This document shows positions 24,173 to 36,769 of a stretch of DNA of 64,000 bases, piece by piece; position 1 is the stretch's first letter; each line of letters begins with the position of its first letter. The notes beneath the pieces were generated by a model. The model saw only the letters and a list, made by a program, of their open reading frames with translations, was not told the origin of the DNA and searched no databases. The translations under genes were made by a program, and so were the position numbers. This DNA is from Vicugna vicugna (Eukaryota), in assembly GCA_013265495.1 (NCBI GenBank), contig MU058418.1:1886917-1950916 (forward strand), written 5' to 3'.

Positions 24173-24311
24173 CGTCTGAGCTTCAAGAGCTGCAGAATAT
24201 GATTGACAGCCTCCAGAGCCCCCAAGACCCCACCCGGGTGTCCCAGGCCCTCCTCCTCCGAAGGGAGGTTATGTTTCTGCAGTTTGATGCTGCAGTGAGG
24301 TACCTCATCCG
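24173..24311 (+). CDS. CCDC162: CCDC162 exon (SELQELQNMIDSLQSPQDPTRVSQALLLRREVMFLQFDAAVRYLI-R)
   Basis: tctgtcttctag acceptor; CCG|gtaagg donor; 139 nt; phase 1 to 2. Confidence 0.92.
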
Positions 24312-26394
24312 GTAAGGGCTGGAGTGCTAATCCTGTCCAGTAAATTCTGTGGGGCAGGTGTTTCTGAGTGATCATGGAGGGAGACCACACTTGTCACAAT
24401 TAGGTAATGAACTTAAAATAGTCAGGGGCACAACCTGATCCAGGACACTGCGGCTGCCAAACATGTTCTGCGGCAAAGGCTGTCCCTCATGGTGGACTGT
24501 GTTCCTGTTGGACAATAGTATTCTTGATTTTATTAAATGTGATTTCAATACAGTTAGCTTGCATAACAACAAGATGTTTTATGGGGAATCATATTTTTTA
24601 TAGTTTTGAAGATGATTCTTCCTAAGAGTTTTTTGTTTTTTCAGCCCCTTAATTACCTTTCAAAAGAGCAAAATTTCACTGCACATCTGAAGCCAATGGA
24701 ATTGACTACCTGAGTTAAATTTATAAATAAATTAATTTACCTCTGGCCTTGTAGGTATTAAACACTCTGCATACAAAAACAATGTTTGTTTGGTTAATTA
24801 ATCATGGCTGATGAGAAAATTAGTTTGGAGTGAGAGTCACAATCTTTCTTGTATAAATAATAAGTTGTGTATGGAAAGGGACAAGGTCAGGCCTGAGGGT
24901 CTCTGCTTATTCTGAAATTGTCAGAATTAATTAACTTCATTTGATTAATTCCCAGTGTGAGTATTTAGTCCATGAGGGGGACCTGGGGGCAGTGCTCTTA
25001 TCTGTGGATTATAATGGCTTCCCACCGTTAGCACAGGCGTCCATAGCGAATGGAAATGTGGAACACGTACTGAGCTGTATTTTCTTCTTTCACATTGAGT
25101 TTTCTTTACTCTGAGCATTAGGGGACCCGATTTAGAATGTAAATTCGGCAGGACAAAAAAAAATCAGGCTCATTCATTTTCTTTTGATTGACAGCTTTCA
25201 AGGTATATCTTTGTCAAGCTGGTAGGAGATAAAAGCTCTAACTCATTGTCAGGATAGCCATTCATTAGCCCTCTGGGCTCTGAAATCCCAAGTCAGAATT
25301 TGCAAGGAATGTACATAGCGTGAAGAAATAGGACTATATCCCAGAAGTTCTTTTTGGATTCCAGCTGCAGAGGGTTCAGCTTGCCTCTGTTCTCCCAGGA
25401 GAACCACTCTGCTTCCCTCAGGAATTGCTTTGCGGGATTTTCTTTGCCCGGGCACAGTCTGCAGGAATGGAGGGTACTGGGTCCCATGTCTGGTTTCAGA
25501 TTATTCAGTATATTTTTCAGAGGACCTCAGGGAACCACCCAGGATGGTATACCTCCAGGAGTTCTTCATTTATTGTATTTCCTCCAGACTTTTTTCTTCA
25601 GAGCTTTTCAGGGTGTGTATATGTTTGGAATCACACAGCTAGTATGTGGCGGATCAGAATTAGAACCCCGGTGCACTTGGCTCCAAAGCCTGAGAACTAG
25701 GATGGATGCCAGACAGCAGCATATGGGTGGAAAGAGAGAGTCTAAAGAGAAGGCAGGAGGTCAGAGAAAAAGAAAAGCTGAAAAACAAATGTCACTCCTC
25801 TTGAAGATTTTACTTAGTGTTGAACTTGCAAACAAAGAGTCATCCTTAGATAACTAAGAGAGACAGGAAGCTTAGGGAAGTTCCCACACCCTTCCCAGAG
25901 CTCACCAGCTCTGAGCAAACATGACTGTTTACCCCAGGGAACTTTTTGCTTGTGTAAACTGAAGGGTTCTCCAGAGTTTGAAGAGAAGGAATTGAACTCT
26001 TACCTGGAATGAGATCAGCACATTTCCGTAGACTGGGGGAGGTGAGGAAGGGTGTAGGTCAGGGACCACAGGACAGTGGCCCCGTGGAGTCCCCTCATAG
26101 CTGGCCCCTGCTTCTCTGTGGCATAGATCAGCTCAGATTGCAGGACAGATGCATGCTGCTAAGCATAGAAGTTTCTCTCTTCTCTGGTTGACCTGTCCTC
26201 TGCCAAACGCAGGCAAGAACCTGATGGAAATCGGTCTGTCTCCCAATGGCAGCGTCCACCAACCTGCAGGAGTTATTTATTAACCAATGCAAGAAATGCC
26301 TAAGGATTGAGCTTATCTTTAATTTCAGGTGAATTAACTATTTGCATTGAAGGTAAATGCTTGAGTACTTCTAATCAATCTCATCTGTTTAAGT

Positions 26395-26703
26395 TAGAGA
26401 CTAGCGAGCTACTGCCACAGGCCCCTGCCTGACTTTGTAAGAGTGGCTATTATGTGTTTAAATGATTGGGGGGAAAATTCAAGAGTAGTATTTTGTGACA
26501 TAAGAAAATTATGTGGAACTCAAATTTCAGTGTCCAGAAATGAAAGTTTTGGGAACACAGCCAGGCCCACTCATTTATGGATAATCTCTGACTACTTTTA
26601 TACTACAACCACAGAGTTGAATAGTTGCAACAGAGATCATATGATCCACAGAGCTGAAAATATTTACTCTCTGACCCTTTAAGAAAGAGTTTGCCACTTC
26701 CTG
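26395..26703 (+). mobile_element. MER58B-like hAT-Charlie MITE
   Basis: caaatttcagtgtcc...gggaacacagcc...acagagttgaatagttgcaacagaga...aaaatatttactctctgaccctttaagaaagagtttgcc. Confidence 0.85.
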
Positions 26704-27769
26704 ATTTAAAGGATTGAATTCCTTTGAAATTCAAGAATGGAGGGAGGCAAAAAAAAAAAAATCTTCAGAGGAACTCTCTAGAACAGGCTAAAAACCTATG
26801 GCATGAAAATGTCACTAATCTGAATGTGTTATTGACATTCAGAGTGACTAGTGTATAAAGGAGAAGATTGTGGAATAAACCAGAGGTGCAGTAATTTCCT
26901 GCAGTAAGCCTGATTTAGGGGTATGTCAAGGGGTCTCTCAAGAAGCAACACTAATTTCTTAGTCCTTGAATTTGTGTGGATTTTCTCTTCATTTCTCAAT
27001 TTAGTTTTATGCTCATCAATTTAAGTGTCTCTGAACACACAAATATTACAGTGTGCTTTAGGGTTCTCTGGAGATTTCTAGGAGATACAGGGAAGGCCTC
27101 ATGTGCGCTGAGCCTAGCTCAGGACCACGGTCCTGGTCTCCAGTGTCTAAGTGAAGAGCCACAACTTTTGCCTGGCCTCCCCAGGCCACTTTGCAGGTGT
27201 GTTTTGGTCTTTATATCCTTGCATCCAGGAAAAACCCTAGCATTTGCCCCATGAATTCCCAGCTCCTGATGGCTAGAGCCAGCTTGCCTGGGATCACTCT
27301 GTGGGTAGCTGTCTCACACATGAGGTGATTGGTGATCTAGGAAACCCTGGACTGCTTGTTGACAGTCAGGCAGCTGGAATGCAGCAGAACAGTTTGGAGA
27401 CTGTGGCGCATCTCTTCTGGCATTTTAGTGGGCTACTGGGGAGACCTGACTTTATTAGGGGCCGATGGTTGGCAGATTCACCACGTCATAAGCAACAAGC
27501 CAATCTTTCATTCCTATAGGTTTCCCTGTATCTTGAGTGCTGCTGACAAGTTGCACTGATTAGACCTTCCCCTGCAGAAGGTACAGGCCAGGGCTTACCA
27601 ACTGAGGGTCTGAGTGAGTTGTCACAGTAATCTGTTTTCAGTATTTCTAAAGGCATGATGAAAAATACATTTGCCCAAAGTTTTGCTGGTAAGGAAAATA
27701 TCACATTTCTTTCTTTTTAAAACTGAAATCATAAGAACTGAGTGAGATAAGGAGGAGAGGGAAGTTTCT

Positions 27770-27950
27770 TTGGTTGAGTTCCCACCACATGCCAACTCTG
27801 TGGGATAGCAATGATGTCATCATTTCTACAGATGAGATGGTGAGTCAGAGAAGTTGTGAAACTTACCCAGGGTCACACAGCTTGTTGTAGCAGAACTTAC
27901 ATTCATACAGTTTTTCTAACTGCAGAGCCCTGTTCTTCCCTTTATATCAT
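27770..27950 (-). mobile_element. MIR SINE
   Basis: catttctacagatgagatggtgagtcagagaagttgtgaaacttacccagggtcacacagct. Confidence 0.7.
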
Positions 27951-28192
27951 GTTTCTTCATTTCTTCCTATAGCTCAGAGCTTAGGCTGGATGAGTATGTG
28001 GTTTTGAGTTAAAAATAGGAAAATGCTTAATTTGATAGAAAAATGTTTCAGCATATGGGGTCCATGGAGAGGAAGGAAACAAAAGAGGATATAGGACTTA
28101 AAATGTTGGATATCATCTTGAAACCCCTTTCCTTGCATAGCATTACACTGTACAGCTCCCTAATACACAGTTCTGTTCAGAAGGGAGATGAG

Positions 28193-28682
28193 TGTTGTGG
28201 GATACAACAGGGGGGCCCGTTGGTGACATGGTGATGTGCAGGTTGGTAAAAGAATTTACCAGAGATAAAGTATGGGAATAGAAAAGGAGTTTATTAGGGT
28301 ATGCTGCCATAGACAACAGTGGGCCACACAGGCGAGAAGTGTCTGTGTGAGCACCAAGGGCTGGTTGTTGGGGTCTTTTATAAGGTCGGGTCACAAGGTG
28401 CCTGATCGGCTTGTGCACAAGTCTCTGATTGGTTGTAGGTGAGGTAAGAGGTTTAGGGTCTGTGAAGGACGGTGGGGTTTATGACTCTCGTAAGGGCTGA
28501 AACAAGCCAGCCTGAGCTATTGTGAGATTAGGCATCAGCTAGAGCTATTAGTTCGTTAGGGCAAACATGCCCAGTAAAGAATGTACTTTATCTATTGAGG
28601 GATCACAGGCAGATCTGAGAGCCCAGGAAGGGGGGTCCTTGTACTTAGAAGAATATCAGTTGGCCCAGCAATGGGTCCTACA
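28193..28682 (-). mobile_element. ERV solo LTR, antisense to the gene
   Basis: TGT...ACA termini. The minus strand has CCAAT (28428-28432), TATAAAA (28376-28382) and AATAAA (28290-28295) in U3-R-U5 order. Confidence 0.75.
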
Positions 28683-28944
28683 AGGACAGTGACTAGACTG
28701 AAAAATCAGGAAAGTGAGGAAAAGGATAACCAAGGATTTGATCAATGGTGGTCCCTAGACTCTAACTCTGGTTCTCTAGAGAATGTATCATATTCTATGA
28801 TTCTGTAGCTTAGGAGAGCAGTCATATTAATGTCTGATGGATTGATATTTTTGAGTAGTCTCCAAGCATCTATAAATGAACAGATCTAGTATGTGTTAGG
28901 GGCTCTAAAACTCTGCCAAGAATTGTGGTGGGCTTTGGCACTTA

Positions 28945-29485
28945 GTAGTTAAAAGTTCTGCACAAACTTACCAAGATAAGAGAGTATGTCAGTGTTCTGT
29001 GTTCTTTTCTGTGATGCTCAGTGCAGTGCAGCCACAAGAAGAGACAGAGGAGAAACTCAGGAAAATTAAGTTTTATACTCTCATTTATACTCTCAGTTCC
29101 TAGAAACAGGCATCGAGCCATGTCACACATGGCCACGTGGATCAGGAGCAAGGAAGGATGTTGAGACCATGGCCTGGAAAGGCAAGGCAGGGCAGGGGAA
29201 CAGTTTAGGATCAGCTAGTTTGGATAATTCCAGCACGCTTTGGGCTGTAGGGGTGGTCTCTAGTTGCTCGTACACTAGCCCTGGGATGATTAAAGCAGAG
29301 GAATATTGCCTCCTGGATTGCAAGGGTCTGAGGAGGAATGGCCCAGATTGGCTAGTTTATGTATCAAAGGCATATTCCTTGTTGGGTCCTCAACTATCTC
29401 TAAGAATTGGTCAGCGAAGGAGAGGCAGTCTCTTCCCAGCCAGCAGAGTTCTGAGTTTTTTTAGATGTCAAAACATCATAATAAC
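28945..29485. mobile_element. Older ERV LTR (ERVL-like, family unassigned)
   Basis: ggcagggcaggggaacagtttaggatcagctagtttggataattccagc...gtctctagttgctcgtacactagccctgggatgattaaagcag. Confidence 0.55.
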
Positions 29486-29722
29486 CAAAAAGTAAGTTTT
29501 AAAATATAAGCAGTGCAGTCAAGGATTGAACAGTAAGATGTAAACAAAGCTGGACCCAGAGGATGAGGGAGAGAGAAATAATTCCACAGATTGGTGGCCG
29601 AGAAGCGCAGGAATGACATGGAAGGAGCGGCCATGGAGAGGCTTGAGGGGTACTGGGGTTCTGTGCTCTTAATTTTAGGCTGGAAATAAATGTCTCCATT
29701 AGAATACTCTGCTTTTTGGTAC

Positions 29723-30140
29723 TGTCAACTGAAGAAGAAACTCACAACCAGAAATTGTGAGTTATGTCTTTTTCAGGACCTTACTGAGGACTATAGCCCA
29801 GGGGATAGCCTCTCAGCTAACTTTGAGGGACTGCTCCAAAACAAACAAACAAAGAAAAAAAACCATGTAGTTGGACATTGAAGGATTACTACTAATCACA
29901 AAGAAACATCTCAAGTTAATGATTTTAGTGCTTGTCTATGTATGGGAAGATGCCACAGTCTGGGCTCATTGAAATCATTCCTTGGATATGCATCTTCACC
30001 TTCCAAGGGCCAGTATCCTGCTTTTTTCCATCCTGAATTCTCCTCAGGGCACACCGTCTCCTCATGGCTGCGGGGGCTGAGGGTTTAATAGCAGGCAACG
30101 TTCATTGTTTACTGAAATGGCAGGCCACATTTTTTGTCTG
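29723..30140. mobile_element. ERV1 LTR (MER41-related laurasiatherian type)
   Basis: gaccttactgaggactatagcccaggggatagcctctcag...catctcaagttaatgattttagtgct...tatgggaagatgc...tgggctcattgaaatcattcctt. Confidence 0.7.
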
Positions 30141-30799
30141 AAGTATCACTGTTTTAAGAAGATATAATACAACCTATAAGGGAGATGTGTATGTAGAAAG
30201 TACCTTGGGAGGAAGATCAGAAGAAGAAGGTCAGGAGCAGCTGGGTAATGAGGTCTGTCTCACTGGGCCCTATTGGGCTGGAAGGTCAGAACCATGTAGG
30301 TCCCATCTTTGCATCTCGGATGTATCTTCCTGTCCTCGATACATCACTGTCATATGGCTGTTGAGTGAATCATGGGTTCCTTGGCAGGGCCCATTGAGAA
30401 TCAAGATAAAACATGAGAAACGGGAGAAAATGTTTATCTATCCATTGAGCAACTCCAAACTCCATCCTTGAGCTAGCAGGAGAAATCAATGATTTTGTCC
30501 AGTGTCTCAGAATGTAACAGTATGCAACTATCTTTTGTTAATTCTCATTAATATGTGGAAAGGGTGGTATGATTTTTGCACTAATGCAATGGTTTGATGT
30601 ATAAATTTAGAATTCCCTTTATCTGTCTTTGAAGTTAAGTTCATAAGCCCCTACTTCTGCCGATGGCAAAAAGATTAAACTTTCTGATTCCATATCATTC
30701 AGCCACATTTAGAGTTTAAAAGTGGTCAGTTTGAGATCTAAAATCAGTTAATTCAAGATTATCCCCTCTTCCCTTTGTTTTAATTACCTCCTTTTCACC

Positions 30800-31225
30800 C
30801 TGTTGGTCAGGAAAGGATTCTGCACCAAGATTACGGGGATGGCCAAGCACATGACCCTGAACACTGGACAGATGAGAACAGCAGCATTTTCTTAGTCACA
30901 TGTACTCATAGCCGAAGGGAACAGAACATTGCATGCCATGCAGGGCCGCAGAGTGTTTGCACTTGTGCAACTAGGGGCTCGGGAGGCAGGCTTTGTAGTA
31001 TCAAGAGGGTGTGCTGCCTGCTGGTCCCCACAGGAGGATATGATTTGTTTGTTTGAATAATTTTTTGTTCAGCAGCGAACTGAAACCAATCCTTAGGGAT
31101 AAGCGGGCATTGACTGCACTTGGTCCCTTTGATAAGGGAGCTTGTTTGACAAGAGGACCTTACGCCTATAAATTGAGAAGGGGAGAAAATGTAATATTGG
31201 ACCTTAACTTTAAGCCTTACACCAC
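30800..31225. mobile_element. Degenerate ERVL-type LTR
   Basis: acatgaccctgaacactggacagatgagaacagcagcattttcttagtcacatgtactcatagcc...ggcaggctttgtagtatcaagagg. Confidence 0.5.
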
Positions 31226-31946
31226 ACCCTCTCCTCCTTCATCCCTCTCAGAAGTGCCTGGGGGTGCTTATAAATCATCCCAGCCATTGAAGAGGAGCGG
31301 CCACCCCATCCATCTCTGTCCAACCCCGTATCGCCTCTGGTCAGAATGCTGCTCAGCACCCCACCTGGATACCCCTTCATGGGGTCTTAGGCACTCCCCA
31401 GATCCTTCCCCAACACTGTCATTGTCTGCTGGTCTCTGTGAGGCTGCCTCATTTCCCTCAGTGCTGATGTCTCCCTCAGTCATTGCTAATTTCCTTCTTT
31501 TTGATGTGTGCTTTATGCATGACTTGGGCGAAGCCCATGAAGGATTTAGGCAAAAGATGCCTTCTGCTCTGGGGACCTTAGGCCACCCCCTCCAATTTAT
31601 CCTGTAGCAGCATCTTTTCTTAGGCATCTACAAGATATAAGTTCTAGAAACAGTCTTTCCTTGCTTGCTAAACTCATTTCCTTTGGGGCAACAAAAGGAT
31701 TGTGATTTATCAAGCATACTTCCTTCTCTGTGACTTATGGTACAAGTTTCATGCTCTAGTCTTCAGAATTTTTAGTTCCTGATATGCAAAGCCAAGTTTT
31801 ATTCAAAACAAAACAAGAAGGTTTCAATCTCTCAAACCCCAGGCTCTTATTATGCAACTTAAAATTTGGTTTTACATATCAACAATTGCTGTCTCAGCTA
31901 TTGGTCTTGAAATAACTCAACAATCAACATCTTTGTTCTAGAGCTA

Positions 31947-32162
31947 CAGCTGAACTGTCCAATACAGTAGCCATGTGTGGCTATTTCATTTAAAAGTTTA
32001 AAGTAATATTGATGTAGATGAAATAAAACTTAAAAGTCAGTTCCTCAGTCACAGTAGCCACGTCTCAAGTGCTCCAAAGCCACAAGTGGCTGGTGGCGAC
32101 CATGTTGGACAGTGAACTATAGAACATTTCCACACCACAGAAAGTCCTATTAGACATTGCTG
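31947..32162 (+). mobile_element. MER3/MER33-like hAT-Charlie MITE
   Basis: ctgtccaatacagtagccatgtgtggcta...agtagccacgtctcaagtgctc...agaacatttccacaccacagaaagtcctattagaca. Confidence 0.85.
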
Positions 32163-32349
32163 ACCTGGAGGGTGGCTGCCTTTCCCGTGAGGACAGTGAA
32201 CTGTGAGAGTGGAGGACAGTGTGTAGAGAAGGGGGAGTGAGGGATGGCTGAGGAAGAAACTCATTGGTATCTCAAAATGTTACCTTGCTACAGTAACCTT
32301 GAAGACAGTTTTGAGCTTTAGAAACTTAAGTATATACTTTTTAAAATTT

Positions 32350-32490
32350 TTTTGTTTCATTTTGGGGGGGGCAGGTAATTAGGTTTATCTATCTACTTAT
32401 TTACTTAATAGAGGTACTGGGGATTGAACCCAGGACCTTGTGCATGCTAAGCACACACTCTACCACTGAGCTATACCCTCCCCCACCCCC
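32350..32490 (-). mobile_element. Vic-1-type SINE, antisense, ending about 40 bp upstream of an exon
   Basis: gaggtactggggattgaacccaggaccttgtgcatgctaagcacacactctaccactgagctataccctcccc. Confidence 0.92.
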
Positions 32491-32531
32491 AAATGACTGC
32501 TTTTAATGAGATTCCCTCTGTCTTTTGGTAG

Positions 32532-32685
32532 AAGAACATTTCTGGCAGCTGGGAATGCTCCTGCCTACCAGTCTGTCACAGACGGCATGTACCATGGGTT
32601 GCCACCACTCAGCAACTCTCCAGTGAAGAGCATTTTTGCTTCACAGCTCAGCCTGCCCCCACCACTGGATCCACAGAGCCTCCAG
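32532..32685 (+). CDS. CCDC162: CCDC162 exon (RTFLAAGNAPAYQSVTDGMYHGLPPLSNSPVKSIFASQLSLPPPLDPQSLQ)
   Basis: ctctgtcttttggtag acceptor; CAG|gtgcgt donor; 154 nt; phase 2 to 0. Confidence 0.92.
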
Positions 32686-33179
32686 GTGCGTTGAGAGCTA
32701 TTTGTATCTGTGTGTGTCGTAGGTAGGGGATCTTGTCACTCTGTTTCTGTTTGGCTTAAATTTTGCAGGGACTCTCTGTGCCTAATGCCCTGCAGCCTTG
32801 GTTGGCTCCCCTTCCCTCACACGGTAGGGTGGCCTGGGCCCCATGGGCCGCTGTTAATCCCAGTCAGAGGCTCTGCCTGCAAACTACTCCACAGGCTAAT
32901 TGGGACCACAGCTTATCTGCTCACAGCTGGTAGCAAAACCAACACCTGATCTCCTCCATGTAACAGATAATAATGATAGCAATGATGATGCATAACTTAG
33001 GCCAGCAGCTGAGTTTTGAACAGCCCTGGTTACAACATGTGTTATCAAAGGTAATCCTGGCCAACTGTCATTGCTCCCAGACACCAGCTCTATTACCCAT
33101 CTTCTACAACTAAAGAGTTTAGGGTTGAGAAAGGCCAGAGATCAGACTGCTGGGCAGCCACAGTGGCGCTGGGTCACAA

Positions 33180-33400
33180 ACTGTTGTAGTAATCTATGGC
33201 CTGGTAGCAAATTACCCCCAAACTTAGCAGATGAAAACAATAAACATTCACTATCTCAGATAGTTTCTGAGGTTCAGGGGTATGGGAACAGCTTAGCTAG
33301 GTAGTTCTGGCACAGGGTTTCTCCCCAGACTGAGATCAAGAAGTTCCATCTCTTACTGGGAAGAGAATCAAAGACTTTGTGAACGTATCTTTAAAACTAT
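33180..33400 (-). mobile_element. MLT1-type MaLR LTR fragment
   Basis: caaattacccccaaacttagcag...tttctgaggttcaggggtatgggaacagcttagctaggtagttctggc. Confidence 0.6.
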
Positions 33401-34248
33401 CTCCCAAGCCCAAGTCTTTTGATTCCAAAACCTCCAACTTAATGTTTTTATGTTTCAAAGCTAAGCCAAGTAATGCAGACATCAACTCCATAGAAGTCCC
33501 ACACTTCTACCTTCCCTAGCTACAAGCCAATGACTCTTGACCCAACCCTACCCTTATTTAAACCCAGAAGACAGAGTTGGACCATGGCCATTGGGCCTGC
33601 TCCTGCTGCCTTTGTGTGCCTGGGGTCAGGTGGACACCGATGTCCTGGCTCCCTGCTACCTGTATCTACTTCAACTCTAGGAATTGTCTGAAGCCAGTAG
33701 CAGGTCTGGAAGTGTAGAATGGGGTCAGATGGACAAGCCCACTATATCCAAGGCTGCATGTGGCGCCACAGGGAATAGGCGATGCCTTGAATGTCGAACA
33801 GTGACGTGCAGAAGATAGAGGCCCATGTGTAACATTATGGCATTGGTTTTGAGTTGTTACATAGAATTGTAGCACAATGGCGATAAAGGGCAAATTTTTA
33901 AGGTTCTTAATGTTGAGAAAACTTGAGTACATTCACTTCTGTTGATTATAAATATGTTACATTGGTTTTAAACTATTCTGGGACTTCCAAACACTGGTAC
34001 TGACTAGTACTTCAGTTTAAGTATCCTTCTGTGTTTAGCCACTTCTGAAAAGTCAATTAAAAAAATAAGATTACTTCTCTCTCCTCTGCATCATTAGGGA
34101 CCATCCTTCAATAACTACTTCTACATAGTAAATAAATCATCACACAGTGTTTTGGTGTGCAGACACAGACGTCTCGTTCACATGTAGATGTCTATTATTT
34201 ATGGATACAATACAGCATTATTATATTTATTATTCGTTTCTTCTTTAG

Positions 34249-34344
34249 GCATTTGTGCTGTTCCCTTGGAGAGCATTTCTGGAAGATGGAGGACCATTTC
34301 CAGTTATGAGTAGCAGCCCAGATACCCTAGAATATAATATGCAG
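34249..34344 (+). CDS. CCDC162: CCDC162 exon (AFVLFPWRAFLEDGGPFPVMSSSPDTLEYNMQ)
   Basis: tttcttctttag acceptor; CAG|gtagga donor; 96 nt; phase 0 to 0. Confidence 0.92.
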
Positions 34345-35398
34345 GTAGGATAGATCTTTCCACTTGTCACAGAGGGAACTAAATGCAGACTGCAAAAGGT
34401 ATCTTTGGGTCCATAGGTCAGATCCTTCCTACGCTGGCCAGTGATAAATAATCTACAAGATAAGCAAAGTGTTTGGTTATGAAGCTATAAACCCAGTGCC
34501 ACAAGGTGAGTCATGTTTTCTTGTGGCAGAAGAAAATCATGGTTTAAGCTGGCATCAGCTGCGTAGCAGCTGAAACTCCCCAGGCCAGTAATGATCTGAG
34601 GGAGCAGTTATCCACTTCCAGCCACCCTCTGAGCCACTTAGAGAAACTCCCAGGCTGACAGCTCAGAAGCGTATGACTCCTGACCCACCTACAGTGGTAG
34701 GAAGAAAACTCTTTAAGTAGGACTCAACAGGAGAATTTCTTTCAAGTATATGTTTTCCTTCTGATTATTTAAGCAAATATTATTGTGTTTTTATTTAAAA
34801 AAACAAAAAAGTATTAATAACAACATGAAAGTCAATCATAAATTTGCTTCAAGATAATATGGAGGTTGGGAGTGCTGGGACGGGGCAGGACTGGCCATGG
34901 CTTGGTGGTTCTTGGGACTGGGTGATGGGAACCATTCTGTTTGCTTGTGTGTATGCTCAAAAGTCTCCATAAGTACAATTTTTTAAGTGAAATGGTAAGA
35001 ATGGTTTTAAAAAATCAATCATAATCCCCCACTAGGAGACGGTCACAGTTCGTTTTGGTTTTTTTTTTTCCTAGTATTTTCCCTGTGCTTACATGTGTTT
35101 AGATCTGTACTTTTAAAGGAAAATTGACATCACACTATACATTCACCATGTACAGACACAACTGTCAGTTTTGGGAAACTTGGACTTCCCTACAGAGCCA
35201 AAAGTCTGAGATGATCAAGGAGGACTTTGAGCTAGAAACGTTGCTCTTATTTTTATGGATTTTTTTTTAATAGTTGAGAGGGTGGGGCTTGTAAACACAT
35301 CTACCCCTAGTTTTCCTCCCATAAAACCATGTGTAAGGGGTACCTAGAAGACTTCAGAATGGATGTTTTGGTTTCGTTTTGTTCTTTTTTGTTTTTAG

Positions 35399-35554
35399 CT
35401 ATGCCTCTGTAGGCTGAGTGACCGCGACCTCAAGGTGGCTCACGGAGAGCTGGTGGGCGTGCAACTGCTAATGGAAGATGTACTTCTGAGCAACTATCAT
35501 GTGATCATGGAGGGTTCCCCAGGACAGCAAGTCACACTGGACAAAAATATACAG
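35399..35554 (+). CDS. CCDC162: CCDC162 exon (LCLCRLSDRDLKVAHGELVGVQLLMEDVLLSNYHVIMEGSPGQQVTLDKNIQ)
   Basis: Long T-rich tract plus tag acceptor; CAG|gtatcc donor; 156 nt; phase 0 to 0. Confidence 0.88.
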
Positions 35555-36509
35555 GTATCCTTGGTGAACAGTCTTCATAATTGGCTAATGCTATATTGCA
35601 CTGAGCACTTTTCTATTTGAGAGGTGGGCTAGAAAGCCACATCTGTCCCATAGCCTCTCCCAGGGTCCCAGGACTGTGCCAGTGCCACACAGGAGCAGCA
35701 GTGAAGCAGGGGTAACCAGTGAGAGCCCCTTCAAAGTACTTTCCTTCACAGTATTCAGTGTAATTAGTGGTATATCCATTTCTTCTAATTTTAAAAGTAG
35801 AACAAACTTGTGAGGGGGTCCACTGAAACCAAATGGAACAAATACTCCAACTGGCTGCACTTCCTTGTGAGTCACACATTTAGGACTGGAGTTGGAAGGA
35901 CCAGAGGGGTTGATAGAGGCCCTAAGTGAACATCTCCCACCTGGGTCCAGTCTTCATCACTGAACTAACCTATGGACTCCAGGCAAGCCTCCCTTCTCTG
36001 GACTTGTCCCTCTGAAGCTGTAAGGTACCAAGAGCCGGTAATCCACCTAGTATCATAACTTGAAATAATTTCTGCACATATGTGGAAACAGACAGAGACT
36101 TGTCTGGATGCAGGGTGAGCTAGCTGGTGCCCAATTTAAAGAGCCCCCTTTTCAGAGCTTAACTTTCTGCACCAGCCATCTCCATTCCCTTACTTTCTAT
36201 CCACTCCTTGGAAACTGCAGTCTGACTTCTTCCCAGCTCACCACTAAGACTACTCTCATCAAGGCTCCATGGTCCTTGTCACTAAATCCCTTGGATTCTT
36301 TTTAGTCGCCTTCCAACCTGACTCCTTGGCAGCATCTGACACAGGGTGTCCTTCTTAAAGCCTCTCAGCCCTTGGCTTCCAAAACACAACTCTCTCCAAT
36401 TCCTGCTGATATTGCTGGCCACGCCTTCTCAGACCTCTCTGCCGACGCCCCTCCCTCTGCCAGTCCTGAGGGCGTGGTTTTCCTGGCTCTGTCCCGCCCC
36501 TCCTACTAA

Positions 36510-36748
36510 AAGGGCTGCATTCTGACTCCGTGACTCTAGCCGCTTTTGTTTTTGTGCGCCCATTACTCCCTAAAAAGACATTGAAAGGTAGAGTTTACAG
36601 CTGTGCTAATACAAAAAAAAAAATTAATATGGTACATTAAAGCATTTTATTTAATGTGAATGTCTTTTCTCTGATTTTAAAAGAAATTAAAACATTTTGT
36701 GGGCCCTAAACACTGTGCCTTCTGTGTGTAATCAGTAAGTTGGCCCTG
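36510..36748 (-). mobile_element. MER96B-like hAT-Tip100 MITE
   Basis: ctgattttaaaagaaattaaaacattttgtgggccctaaacactgtgcct...taagttggccctg. Confidence 0.65.
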
Positions 36749-36769
36749 AACACCATTAACACCATTGTC

